49,601 bases of DNA, taken from positions 58,843 to 108,443 of the forward strand of contig NMRA01000278.1 in the NCBI GenBank assembly GCA_002633005.1, read 5' to 3'. The DNA comes from Phoronis australis. Taxonomy: Eukaryota; Animalia; Phoronida. The position numbers and the translations under genes are program-made. Under the pieces are notes generated by a model. The model was not told the DNA's origin. It did no database searches and was given only the letters and a program-made list of their open reading frames with translations. Shown one piece after another: positions 24,501 through 39,300 of the stretch (the stretch's first letter is position 1; each line of letters starts with the position of its first letter).

Positions 24501-27269
24501 GTTCAACTTCATTTGGTACTTAGAACACCCACTTAAGTCAATGGGTTTTTACCTGACTTTCCTTTTTAGTCCGATATGTCTTTAAAGCCTAACTTCAACG
24601 GAATTTTGTTATTTTAGATATATTGGGCTAACCAGATAGTCCTAGCAATGCCTTAGTAAAATATGAAAATGCGATCTCAATTACGCAAATGTAAGCCCGT
24701 CAAATGATAAGTGAAGCTGCCTGTTCGTGCCATGTTGCGTCACTGCAAGATCCCAGCACAAAAAAAGCAAGGTTGTATTGAATAAGGGTCTGAATACAAC
24801 ACCATTGCGTGCGGGTGTTATTCGCATCTGTCTGAATTAAAATGTGATTCTCGCGATGACGTAGTCAAAAGCAAGCCAATCCGCCTAACAGTTCGTTACA
24901 TTTGGCAATTTATAGCACTAGTGGGCTCAGAGGGATGCTCTTAACATACTGTAGGAACCAAATTTTCAGGTGTAACCGTTGAAAATAGGCTTTAAGGGTT
25001 TAATGACCTTAATCTCTCCAAGATATCTGTTGTTTTATAGCAACGAACAAACAAGATTAATAGTTGTACATTTTAACAGAGTGCACACAAATTCGAAGAT
25101 TTATTAATATAGCCAAGTTGTCATGAATAGGGCAGGATCGAAGGAAGGGATACCCCAAGAATGCTACACCCCACAATGTCATATTGGGACGGTAAAGGGG
25201 TTGTAGATTTCAAGAGATGGGACAAATGTTATGTAGCCTGGCAAGCTATCAAAATCTGCAACTGTCTTACTTGAGGAAAACCATCATTTTTATATTCTGT
25301 CCTGCTTATGGTCTTCTTATACTTACAGTGTATTAATGCCTGGGTGTGTAGGACAGGGCAGATAGAGTTTACAACCATTGAGTTTTGTCATATTTATTTT
25401 ATGGCGGGGTGTTGTCAATACAAATGTACTAGTAACATAATTGTATGTCAGTAAATGTCGGATCCAACTGAATTGAAGGATTAAATTAGAGTTGGTTGAA
25501 ATCTGACTTTTGCTGAAGTGGAGTGCATGTCCCAGTAATTTGTACCAGCTAGACATTTCCCTTTTAGTGTCACGTTGTGATTTTACTGCGTCAATGTGAT
25601 ATTTTGAAATAAATATATTTTGATGTAAATCAAAACTTTATTGTTTGAACTGGTTACAGTTGTGTTGTTTCTGTGTGAACATTTTTTTTGTCCTTCTTGT
25701 TCTGGATGGCCAATCAAATTGAAGTGTGATTGTTATTGACAGAAAAAAAAATTGCGATTCCGCACATACTACAAACTTTGGGAATGCAGTGATGTAATGG
25801 TGCGCCGGAGGAACGGCCCCTTTGACAGCTGATCGTCTTGACGGTTTATGAAAAACTGAAAAATGCGTACTATACAATTATCACGACGAAAAAGATTAAT
25901 CACGTTGCTGTGTAATACCATTTCCTAAACTTTATACCTTTCAGTGATTGTCTTTTCGACTGAGCCGGCAAACCTCAGTCTCAGGCCCTAGAAGCGCTAC
26001 GTGAGAATTTCAACCTAAGCATTAGGATTTTTGCCTTTGCAATAGCTTATATGACCGTTTAAGCAATGCGAGAGCCAGATGTTTACATTGCTTTATGTTA
26101 CCAATATTTTAAAATCTCGTTAGTATTTAAAATTTCAAATTTTATTCTAATAATTCCCCGGCTTCCATAAGGCCTTTACATAGCGTTCACCATCAATATG
26201 GCGGACCTCGTGTCACGCGCTGTCTGGCTTGCGAGTATAGTCGTGCCGTCTCTTAGCTGAAATTGTCTTATTGGTGAGAGCTCTTTTGGCATAATAATCG
26301 GTGACCGTGCAACCTAGAAGACATGTTTTCAGTCCAACTGCGCCGTGTTGTTAGAAATGCCGCTTACCAAGACCATAGGTAGCTTTGAACTTTTATTTTG
26401 TGATACAAAAATTTATTTTCCACAAGAATATTCTTCGTCTCAATTTTAAAAACCCGTTTACGTCATTGTTAAATTTTGCGTTGATGAGCGTCTCCTAAAA
26501 TGTAACAACTTGTTACATTTTACGTAGTTGTTACATTTTACGTCGAATGCACATGTGAGAAATGTACCATTTTTACATTTTACGACACCAACGTCATATT
26601 GCTAAGAAAATGACCAAAATTAAGTCACATCTGACAGGGCCGAGGGTATTCAAGAAGACTTTTGGACGAGGGTTGCCGCTCGAAAAAATGGTTACCTACC
26701 CCATTTAAAGAGTGGTTCGGACAAAAAGGGACCCATTTAGAGACTAATTTTGTAAATATTCACTTTTTTGCACAATTCTGAGTCCCGTTCCGAAAACTGA
26801 CATAGCTAAGACAAATCTTAAATTTCCGTCAATTTCAAAACAAAACTTAAAATTATCTCAAATTTGTTTCAAGAAAGAGATCTTAAGTTTGACATAAATT
26901 TTTAACTTAAGTTTTGTCTTAATTTTGACTATCATAGTGGGTGGGGAAGTTTCAAAGTTTGGAAGTTGAGCCAAATCTTAGACTTAAGTCAAAAATGAAT
27001 TTAAGTCAGTTTGTTGGAATGCGCTCTGCTCCTGAAATTCAGAAAGCCACCCTTTTATTTAGTATTTTGTCGAAAATGGCACCTTTTTTGCAGAGTAATT
27101 TTTGTTTTGCAAAAAACTCTTTTCTAGGAATGCCCTCCTGGCTGACACGGCATAATGCTGGCTACCCATTATATTTGTACTACTATTACATTACTATTAT
27201 TACTATTACTATTTTTACTACAAATCACTCGTCATCGGTATCGTTATCATCATTACTATTATCATTATA

Positions 27270-27306
<37 letters not shown>

Positions 27307-30300
27307 ATGAATTTACTTAACGAGGACACAGTGCAACTCACACAATACATGTTTTAACAAAGTGCTAATACATCATGGTTCTCAAAGATTATAAAATCAT
27401 CTCATTTATGGTTCGATATTTTCACCGGACTTCCCATACATCTGTAATGGACAGCGAGTGCTAATTCAAAGGATTTGAAGGGGTTCCCAAGATCAGCCTT
27501 AAAGATATTGGAGAAACGTATTGACAGCTATGGATGCAGAGTAGGTTGGGATTTAAAATATTGTTTAGACGTGCTCCAACTTCAAAAATCGATTATATCT
27601 GAACTATCAGCAAGCACGGTAATGTTTGTAAATACAACTAAGTATATGCTTCTGTAGTTCAGTTGCCGCGAAAAACTGAATTCAGGTTGTAATATTTTAC
27701 TTGCGACTTACATCTAAATGTGAGGATACCCACCTTGTTATCATTTTGTCTCTTGTTGAAAACTTTCCTTTTCAAAGAACTGGGGATCGTTCCACAATGA
27801 TGAGGAAATTAAAATATGCGTTATGTTGAACTCTGAGGGCAGGCATTTTTTGAGAACTAGCGACTAGTTGGCTATGATTGCGGTCACCGAATCATTAGAA
27901 TAGTTGGTAATGGACATACAAAACACGAAACAATTTAATGTGGAATGGGTCCCGATATTCTAAAAAGAACACAGTAATTTAACTGAGTGATTTGAAGTAG
28001 GTTTTATTGAGAGTGGGTTGTATGGAACAAAAACTGCCAACGTCGAAGTCAGCGATGTTTAATTTGTGCTTTTTATGCGATGTAGTAAAAGGGTTAATAT
28101 ACCCTTATGTGCCTACAACCACGTGTAAGTAAGGTGGTCGGTAGGCAGAACCCGTCGGGATCAGAAACTTAGGTCTTGCTTCTTTTGTGTGGAGCATTAG
28201 CGATGACTCCAAGGCAATAAAACACTCTCTGAAATAAGTCAAATTATCGTGGACTAAAACGGGTTTTTTGATCAAATTGACTTTCAAAATTGAAAACTTT
28301 GTTATTGTCGTTTTGTTTCCGAAAAAACGTGATACACATTAGCCAAAATACGATGTCATTGTTTCGGTTGTGCTTACAAATGGAATTGTGCTTATTGTAA
28401 TACCGGTTACACAATTAATGTATGACCTGTGAGCGCTAACAAAAGATTGAAAGGGCGCTTTAAGAATAAAATCTTTTTACCTGATCCTAGAAACTCCCTT
28501 CATCTGGAGTTGAAACTGTACGGGGTACATCTTTTACTATACCAAAAAACTTCTCATGTTCAAAAACAGTGAAAAGCACTTAGGGACACATCTATAAACA
28601 AGAGCTGGCACATTTGATTGAATTTCATTAAAATAATCCGAGAAAGAAGGCGTTAAGTGTGTGAACCGTTTTTCTCCGTGTCACAAATACCATCCAAACT
28701 CATGAAATATGACGTCGCTTTCGTAAAATGTAACTACCGCACATTTCTCGCATGTGCATTCGACGTAAATTGTAACAGTAACATATAATGTAACAACTTG
28801 TTAAACTTTAGGAGATGCCTAGCGACGTAAAATGTAACAATGGCGATCAGTTGTTTCATTTTACGGGGTATCAGTGCTACTTCAGAATTAACCCAAAAAC
28901 TAATAATAATTTTATTGACGAGTAGTTCTGTTAAGTGCATCAATTTCCTCCTCACAAGTTGCGTGCCATGTATGCAGTAGTACAACACATTTTGCTTCAA
29001 GCTTGGTCACCTTTCAGTTTAGGCCCATTGTAGTACAGACGACTTCACAACCCGATTATTCGCGTTCCGCCTGTAGCTGCGCCCTTCAACGGACATAAAG
29101 CAACGGCGACGATTTTGGATATACGCTATCTGAACTATAGCTAGGATCAATAATGCGGTGGAATTCGAAACTTGAAACGACAATTGGAACATTTTATACT
29201 CACTGTTGCAACTATAAAGAATGTTAATTTCCTTGATGTCAAAGAAGGACAACGTCTTGTATTTTACAATGCCCATCAAATCATCATTCGTGGGATCGTG
29301 CGCAAAGATCGTTTGCCGTTGCTTGGTCGTGTTCGGGTCCACTATCCCAAAGGCCTGTGTTATATCAAATATGCGAATTTTGACTTATTGATGTATTAAT
29401 ATGGAGTATGACGCTGCAGGAACATTGTAGGCGATTCTTCCAATACAAGGCCAACATAATTTATCGTCAGGAAGTCAACATCAAAGAAACATCTACAAAA
29501 ATGCTCTGAACGGGTAAACACACAAAACTATGATGTCAGCAGTTCAAATCGAGCCACAAAGAAACAAACGTACTTTTTTCAGTTTCTTGGAATAATGAAG
29601 GTCAAAAACGGTACACTTATTTATGAGTAGTTTATTAATGACTGATACTGTACCTTAAGACACGATAAGTTAACGTTACGTTAAATGATACAATGTATAA
29701 GTTTCAGTTTGGAGTATTGTTTTTTACAATGTTTTGAGATGACTCGCGAGATTTGGACCCTATCAAAATGTCCACGGAATCATGACTTCACGTAAAACAG
29801 GGATGGGTTAACTCCTTGGATCGTTTCAGTAAATAGGTACAGGAAGCAATGAGACTGTCTGCATGTATAGATCAACGAATATCGTTTCATGATTAACACA
29901 GGCTTGTGATGACGTCATCAACATGCTCGGGTGGAAGCAAAAGAAAATTAAACTTTTTTACGAATGACGTTTTTCTACTGACTAGGAAAACAGCAAGTTG
30001 CCGCATGTGAACGATGATCGGCTTTTTCGTATCACTCAACCACAATTTGAGGATCATCGTAAACGCAATTTTGTGTAGCTGATAGGAACCGGAGAAATTA
30101 GTCCGAATCTGCTCGTGAAAACGCCCATTAGGATCAGAGAAAACAGGAGTTCAGCGACAAATGGTGATGACTTCTGGGAGCAGGGTATTGGTCAAGACGG
30201 GGGAGAAGTAGAGGTGCACTGTGAGTAATTCATGGCGTCTGAGAATCAAACTGCTGTGAAAGCGAGTGTGAACCGTGACGTGACCCCTTATGGATTTTGC

Positions 30301-33300
30301 CTTACCCTTTTAGAGTAATGCATTACACTCGCGGTGTCATACGGTATTTCCGTGGAAACTGAACCGTCCGAAATCTTTTCAAAGGCAAACCTATGTGATG
30401 GTTCAACGTTGTTCATCTCAACTCTGATGTACTTGTCTCTGTCCGGTCTCGAGTGCTCATGATGCAGTCCCATTGCGTGACCCAGCTCATGGAGGTAAAG
30501 TCCAAACTAACGAATCAGTAAGGGAGAAACTTTTGATCAATACATAAACACAAGGGCGGAGTTAGGCTGGGGTACCCGCGGTAAATGTAGACAGTATATA
30601 TCAAAATAATCTCATACGGTGGATAAGCTTCATAAAGAACCGTATCGCGCTGGGACGGCGGTTCACACTTTTCCGGTGAACTCGGCAGTGACATACAAGC
30701 CATGCTAAATACGAACTGGTAAATATCGGTTTCTTTAGAAAACGAGGCTTGAACAGCACGAGAAATTCCTTACATTCCGTGTACGTACATGTAGTCTGCC
30801 AATAGGCCTTTCTCAAAATTTATGCATAACTCACATTCCCGGCAGTCCCAGAAAGAGGCTAGTACTGGTAAGTCTAAACGAAGCTGTCTGTTTACAGTGA
30901 ATCTTTATAGCATAAACAATGGCACACAGCTGTGTAGATGCACAAATAACGAAAGAAGAAACAAAGTATTGTTATTTCATCAATTTCATACTGACTAAGA
31001 ATTAATAAGAGGTGCTAGTGAAGATTCATCGACACAGTGTGTTAACTTTGCAAGTAAATTATGACACAATCTCGATATCAGCTTTAGTCAACTTTAGTGC
31101 ATCACCAGGGGCTGTGATGCTTGAATGTCTTGGAACGTTCAAGCACATCATTTCCTAGTAGCATCTGGAACTCCCCCCTAAGTAAAACCTAATTTTAAAT
31201 GAATATTTTCTGGAATTTAAAGAAAATAGCAAACCTTGAATGTTCTACAGATTTCTCAAAACCTGTTCCTGGTTCTTCCTTTGCCCTGCCCCCCAACTCA
31301 AAATCCTGGATCCGCCCCTGAAAAAAGCCATATAGCAGCCAATATGTCGACATTCATATACAATGCCGATAGTACACCGATCTGGAAGGATACCCTCCAG
31401 CTACAATGGTGTTTCTTAAATGTTTCCTACTATAGCGCACTGTATGGCCTTCAATTGTAGGAGCTCCTGATTGTTAAAACTCACGTGACCTCAGTAGACT
31501 TACAAATCGGCAACCCTCTTCGGACAAGCCAATATACTGAGGACTCCGTTTGACAAATCCGTGCGCCGACACGCATCCATCTATGCCACTGCGAATATGA
31601 GTGAAGTACTTATCACTTGGCGTCTTCGGCTTGAATTTGAAGCATGTGTACGCTTCCCATTCGCTCATTGCCATTCGGAGAATTTTCGCGTCGTCCCGAT
31701 CAGCTTAAAGAAACAATGTTTCATGGTGGAACTGAGTTTGCATAAAGGAAATTTCCTAAGGTATAATGCGTCAAATTAGGTAACAAATAAGAATGGTGTG
31801 AACCGAACGCCTCGTGCAGGCCACGTACAGCGTATTACAAAGACGACTTCAATGTGCACACATTTTTGTAACCCCTGAAAGGGAGAAAGAAGAAGTGTCA
31901 ACGAATAGTTTTTTTTGGAACGAGAAACTTTTGTCACCAACGGTTTTTATTCTGGAGTCTATAAAAGGACCATTTTTGCAATTGATGCCATGTCATTTAA
32001 AATTTCAAAAACTAATAGAGAGTAGGAGTCTCCAGAAAAATATACTTTTGGAAAATTCGTGAATAACAAGACTTTTCAGTATCTTCGTGGGATGTTCTAT
32101 TAAGAGAGCAAATTTTCAAGTGCATTATATTAAATGGACCTCCTTAGAGAAAGGTATGGGCTAAATGATCATTTTTTCTAAAAGGTTCTGTCGTTTAGAT
32201 TTGTTTTTCTTTTATCTACTATTCCGGGTCCTGTGGCTGTGCCCATTGACACGCGTTCAGCTTGCCAACCCAGCTAGCTGCATGACGACTATCGCTTTTA
32301 CATGCTAAATCTATTTAAAAGACAGCTAGAAATCGCTGTGTGTTCACAAAGACTCCGAATTTTTATGTTCGCCCGGTTATTTCTTCCTGTCATTTCATCA
32401 CGAAACTCTCGCAGCTAACCACCGAACAGTACATGCAAAACTTGAGAGACAAACGAACCTCATCTTGCCGTTACAGTCCTCTATGTGCAAAGCAATTGTC
32501 AAAGATTGACTTTGTGTTTGTTTAAATGGTAGCTATACTTTGAGACTGTGCGTAGATGGAGAGTGAATAATGAAATCCAGTAATTAATTTATTATATGAT
32601 AACCACTAATTAGACAAGTTAAACCTGTTGTTAATTAAGTAATCAACTACAAAGAGTAACTACGATAGTGCCCTCTTTAAAGATTACTTCAAACGATCAA
32701 CCAAAATAATCAAATATCTTATCTGCTATCCAAGCTAGGACTTTCCATTAGTTGGATGTTTGTCCTGTTGGTGAATCTTTGAACTACACACACTGTATTA
32801 CGACAGTGCACTTGCTGGTCACCGTCTCTGGTGATGCAACACTTTCAGGCAGTTTTTTCTACCCCCCATTCTTCTTGCTGGTCACAGTCTCTGGTGACAC
32901 AACACTTCAGGCATTATCTTACTACCCACGATGCAAGTGACAAGCTCTTAGTTAACTTCCTGTTCGTTAATCCTTGCCCTTGCCAAGATCTCCTCTAGAA
33001 TCTTCCACGAGATGGCTCTGTTGTACAATTTCCTCTGTACACTGCAGCAAGTCTTTATGCTTCAACTGCTATAGCTCATCTGAATATCTATTTGGTTTTA
33101 GCTCATATTATAATATGCTTCTTACTTAATGATTAACTAGTAAAAACCACATGATCTTATCAAATCATATCATTGGCTGTTACGATTTGTTCTCAGAAAT
33201 TTCTAGAACCAAAGTTGTAAACACCATCTAAAAATAGATTTTGCCGTTAAAACACTTGTCAACAAGTTTGATTTAAAAGTACATATGCACAAATTTTGGG

Positions 33301-36300
33301 AAACTTAAAAAGGATCTTTTCTTGCTAATTACTTGATCAATTTTTATCCTGACAACAATCTTAAAAATGACATGTTATTGCGTCATCATCAGGTTTTTGT
33401 AACTGAGAAAGATAGTCAGAAGAGTCAAGGCCGAACCTAGGTTTGCTGGAAATGGTTTTGTTCATTGCTGTTCTATGTAGACTATGATTCAGGAGGATGA
33501 CAGTTTGTAACCTTTGAGAAATATGCAAATTAAGACCGCCAGTGTGCAAAGTTCTGGTTTTGCTTACAAGCTTCTTAACAAGTACTTTACACAGATGCCA
33601 TGTTTCCATCTATGTTTTCATGATGCAAATTAAAACCGCCATTATTTAAGATTTTTGGAGATTCTATGGTAAGTGGTACAGATGTATTTGGATCTGTTCC
33701 TTGTCTTTGTAATAAACAAGAAGCACAAATGCACCTGAGCCATCTTAAACGACAGAGAGTCTGCTGGCTCCACGTGTACATTTCACTGAGTGCCGCACAA
33801 TAATGATATCGGCTTCTTCGTGGTATGTCTGCATGACATACCTACTGTCAGTACCCTCGTTTGATGTTTGAAACGACACAATCCTTTCACAGTGATTGTC
33901 AGACTGTGTTTTAGTGCTTCTAGAGTGAAACTGTCAGCCCTTAGCTTGTTCATCACACATGGCTCTAGGTTTCTTTCCGTTCTCGCCTGAAGACAAAGTT
34001 ACTGTATGAGCAGGTAACTTTGTAGTTATGTGCAAGTGGTGGGCGAGGATAACATCAATTTCTTCCCAGTGACAGACTTGATGCTGAAGTCATGGTATCT
34101 GTCAGATATTTAAGATGGACACCACTCTCCTTCAGATATGAAGCAATACGTTTTTTCACATAGCTAACATAATCTTTTAGTGTACCATATGTTGGCTAAT
34201 GAAGTAAGAAATCATTCATCCAAGCCGGTCGTTGGCGTTCTCGAGCCGATCGTCCAGGGGCTGATGATTCTGCAACAGGATGGGGCTTGGATGTACTGGT
34301 GACAGGTGGAGGATCTTTAGTGGCCACGGCAGGTGCAGGTTTGCGTGGCTGGTCGCCTGCAAGTGGTGTGTCCATGAGGTTTTGTGTGCTCAGAAAGATT
34401 CTATGAAATCGTCATATATCGGTGTGGCAAGACGGTTTCGCGCAAATTCAGGGTGTCAATCCAGGTATCGTGGGAATATTGGTATAAAATCTTTTATAGT
34501 AGGACCAAGCAGGCATAGAGCTGCTGACAGTTTCGTATTTTTGTCTGGGGTGTTACGGTATTGTAGCACCGCTCGCTGAAACCATGTGTTGAGCTTGCCG
34601 GTAGGCCCAGTGCTGTCCGCAACGAGTCGCTTGACGGTTTTCATGGCAATGTCAGCTCGGCATTTGCTGTGGAGAAAGGTGACGGATGGAACACGATGGT
34701 GGACGTCCTATGATGAAAGGAGGTGGGAGGTCGCGGACGACGTGAATTCTGGAGCGCCATCAAATATGCCAAAAGTGACAAATCAGCAGCGTAAACAATC
34801 CACGAACCGTTGTGACCCCGAGTAGGCGGGCTAAACTATGGGCCAGTGGAGTAACATTCGAGGAGACCGAGGTTATGGATACCTTTATACGCAAAGAATT
34901 TGGCCCACACACACTGGAACGGGTTAACGGATAAAGTAGGTGGCGTTGAGGGGGGGCATGTAGCTGTGACGGCAACATCCACTTGCAATGGTGACAGCAT
35001 TGAAGTCTCTTGGCAAGGTCGTTGGTTATCCCCGGCCAGAAGCCCGAAGCCTCGGCTTAACCGGTCATAGAGGATATTCCTTGGTGGGTAAAGTGAAGCC
35101 AGTCCGAGATAATAAACCGTAACAAAGGAGAGATGACAAAGTGATCGGTCAATGCTTGAGAGAAATTCACAAAACTGGTGATCAGGCCGTAATGCTTGGG
35201 CCAAAGTTTCTCGTTTTTTGGGCATGCCATATTCGATGGCACAGAGGAGGGAACTCATTTATTCGTCACTACAGGTGGCCTCAATGGCATGTCCCATGTT
35301 ATACACTGAAGTGAGGTACGGGCACGTTTAGCTGCTCTGAGGAAATCACGGCCAATGTCATTATCAACGGAAGCTAGTACGTTTTCAGGGCGAGAAAGTT
35401 GTATCGATGTGCCAGTGGGATACATGGATAGAATATCTGCTGCTTTGTGGGGCATGCCTGGGATGTGAACGATTGTGAAGAGGTATCGTAAGATATTTTC
35501 TTTCAGGTTTCGTAGGCGGTATTAGGTATGTCCTCCAAAGCTCTGTCGGAAAAAACTTAACGAGTGGTTTGTGGTAGACGGCAATTGTCATCTGGTGGCA
35601 TCTCAACACGCAGAAGCGAGGTTTTTCTAAGGAGTCAGCAACGGCAAGGGCCTCGCATTGGATCAGGGCAAATCGGGTTCGGAAGAATGCATGAACCTAC
35701 TGCCGACGAGGGACACTTTCCAGCCGGATGGGCAACAAAACGGCGTTGTTTTAAACGGTGGTAGTGTTTCTGTAGTAACCAAAAACCTAGTACAGTCTTG
35801 GATCAATCAGTTGTCAGGCAAGTTGGTCTAGTCCTGTGAAAGATACGTACGCCTTCCTCTGTCTGATGAACAATGATGTACTTGGATTTAGCAAAGGGTT
35901 GCTCCGCCTGTTCACTCCAGACAAATGGAGCCCCTTTCTTCAAAAGCTGTCGGGAAGTCAATCTTTCGTAGGTCATGCTGATACTTGGTTCAGGAGGCCA
36001 AACCAGGAGCGCATGTAGGTAATGATTTTATTCGTGGGGGAATTCGAGTGTGCTGTTCAGGTATTGCCTTGATGGAGGAATATCGTCACGGGTGATTTCG
36101 AACCTGACGAACTCGGCAATGTCCTGACCGAATGCGATATTTTCAAGATTGAATACAATGGCGTTTCGACCATAGATGTCCTTCCTTGCGCATGCCTGAC
36201 GAAAGTCGTCTTCTAGGTTAGTTGCCCATAATAAAGTGTCTTCGACACATTTGGCATGGCTTGCAATGTCAGCTACAACTTCATCAAATCGGCGAGTATA

Positions 36301-39300
36301 AGCGTCGCCGGAAGCGGTGTAAGCTTGTGGGGCTGCGCAATATGTGTAGGGACCCCAATAGGATAATGAAAGTGGTGTAATGTCGATTTTAATTCCGATA
36401 ATTAGCTGTGAAATGCATGTATCCTGATGGACGAAAACAGTTGATTAAAGAATCGACAAAAATTGGCTAATAGGTGACGTTCTCTTTCATGGTCTCTTCC
36501 AAAGACTGTTTGGGGCCTATGCGTTCTCCGACTCCTCAAAGGTAACATATTGCGCCAGCAGCAGGCCAAAGGCAAGTTTATGCCGAGGCGCAACAGCTAT
36601 TTGAAGAAAACTTTATTTCAATGTCCTATATCCGAAATCCCTGTGTAGGCCGAATATAGCAATACGATATGGGAGCAAAGCAGCAATTAACAATAAAGCA
36701 ATACGAACACTTAACTTACTCCAAGAGAATTCTTCCACGGTATATGGCATGGTAGCGTCAGGCCATAGCGCTGGACCCTTGGTAGCGGATGCTCTTTTAA
36801 GCCTCCGTCTGTGGGACCTGAATATTAAATAATAGCTTGCTATCTGGCTTGGGTTTTTGACTCCTTCTCAATGCCAGGTGGCGTTGTGATTTTTGTTCCA
36901 TAAAACAAATTTCTAGTGAGTTTGTCAGATCAGGCAAGCCTTCGCGAAACCAATGACCGCATAAACGGAAAGGCATTTGTTTCTTGTGATTTTTTGTAAA
37001 AATACGGTTCATTGATTATCCCAGACGTATTTTTCAGGTTATATAATGGGTTCCCGTGATTTTATTAAATAGTCGTGCTTTACTCCGGAAGTGACGTTTA
37101 GCGGGCTAAGAATTTCCCGCCATCTGTTTTCATGTAGTTTGAATAACTGTCAAGTCAGTCGTTGTTGTGATAAGTTCAGTCATTGTTTGCGCTTGTTTAC
37201 GAATCAGTCAAGACGGTGCACAGTTTCTGTGTGCCGGGATGTGCTCATTATCGTCTGACGTGCACTTCGGGTATGCCAATACATCGCTTTCCGAAAGATG
37301 ACAGACTCTGCCGTACATGTACTTGGCTCGTTCGTGTGAAGAACGTAGCGTTACCCGTCCACGCAACGTACAAAGCAATGAATAATCACCGAATGTATGG
37401 CAAGCATATTGTGCCGTCCGATTACTAAAGAAATATCTACGCAGAACGTATCCTAGAGCGTGCACTTCCGGGAACTAACAGTGATTCGCCCTGTGCTGGT
37501 GGTTGTCTCCAGCCCAGAACCTGTTAGCAGCCCTGCAGAGATGTCGAGTAGTGAGAGTGACTGCAAGCTCAGTTCGACACACAGTGTGGAGGACAGTTCG
37601 TCGTCCAGTGAACGGGCTTGTGAGCCAAACTTTCATAAGTTTAGTGTGGACTTGACTAAATTATTGGAGCTATTTAGACGGTGCCAGGTGTGTTTAGCTG
37701 CTGGGTGTAAGGGGTTTGGATGCTGAAGTCAATGAAGTCGGCAAAACAGTGCACACCGTGCATTTGGACTAAGACTTCCCACTACGTCTGTCCTCAGTCT
37801 CTGCTTCATACATGTACCTCTCAGCAGCTGTCTGTTTGTATTCTGCCTCACTAAACTGGGACTCAAACTTATATCCAACCACTCACTGCTCGTGAAAAAA
37901 TCCTAGTCACCACGTCACTGTGCCTGTGATACGGGTTCCCATTTTGAGGCTTCTACAAACTAAACGATGCCTAAATCCAACGTAATTGAGTTTTCCAACA
38001 ACTTAGCTTGACGTAGAATACTCGTCGATGGGAACTGGTGATGACAAAGTTAGAAAAACGAGACGAAAACCAGAGTAGAAAAGATCCCCACAGTAAACTC
38101 AAACGCAGCAACAAAATGACGGGACTTTTTAAATTCTAAACGCCATTTCCTGAGTAGGGCACAACTAATTGATAAAATTATGGGAAACCGTATTGATTGA
38201 AACACATGTCTAGGATAATCAACGAACCGTATTTTGCTAAACATGACACTAAAAAAGGTTATCTTCTCCTTTAACTTTTACTTAATGAACGCTTCTTTTA
38301 CGAAATAGGTCGTGCGTAAATGTCTGCAAGTTTGGGACGACAAACTTGATTAAAGTACACCTCTAACCACATTAAACCAAAATGTAAAATAAATGAGGTA
38401 CTGCAACGTCTAGGAACCAAAAAATCATCTAATTGTTCTAAAGATAAAAGCATGATATTCGGTATAAGGGCACAGTGTACTTAACCATGTAAATTCGAAG
38501 AAAGTTAGGTACCATACGCTATGGTTACACTTCTTAGAAAATAAATCTGCCAAATAAGCTAGGGTTGGCGGCAGTTTTGGGATATGTACACTGCAAGAAG
38601 GTTCAATGGATCTGGTTTGCATATATATGACCATTATTCAGTTCACTAGTTCGACTTAAGATTTCGCTTTCTTGAAAATTGCAGAGTTGAAATACAGTTC
38701 AATGACTGCTATTATTTGACGTAGACCTCAAACAGCCCAAAGTTAGACTCCAGTGGTAGCTCGTGTCTCAAATGTTGGAAGGCAACTGATGGTGTGCGTC
38801 ATTTGACACTTTTTAGCCTGGTTTCCTCCGTGTTGGAGGTGAAAGGGGAAAAAATATGAGACTGTTTAAAATGTCTGTATCACTTTTGAGGCAAAAGCAT
38901 TCACAATTTTTATTTTACCCATGGTGTTTTCGACATAAAGGAAGGAAGGTGTCATTTCCTTTGTTGTGTGAACCGCGAGACAAAATACAATGAGTGTTTC
39001 AGTGCTGCTTGTCTTTATGGTATCGTTCTACATCTTGGATTCCTTACTTACAAGGTAGTACCTTTCATGCGACGAAATCGATCAGGATAAAGTAGTGCCA
39101 TCTGCTCAAGTGTCAATTTCATATCCAACTCGGCCAGAATGAAGTCTGATTCATCGCTAGTTTCAGCGTTTGCCAACGTGCCGTTTTTAACCCTTTCAAC
39201 TGCAATGGAAAAGCGAGCCCAGTGTGGCAGGGGGTATGATTGTGCAGTCATAATTCGATCTAAGATGAGCTTTGTTGTGGTAATTTCTTGCTTGTAACAA

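Noticed and set aside
28471-28581. AG/GT-bounded segment as an extra astacin exon
   Set aside because: It is part of the dispersed repeat also present inverted at about 49300, it has no coding signature, and the neighbouring exons already join in frame.
8771-33354. Two LTRs of one 24-kb full-length retrotransposon
   Set aside because: Each copy has its own distinct TSD, and host exons lie between them.
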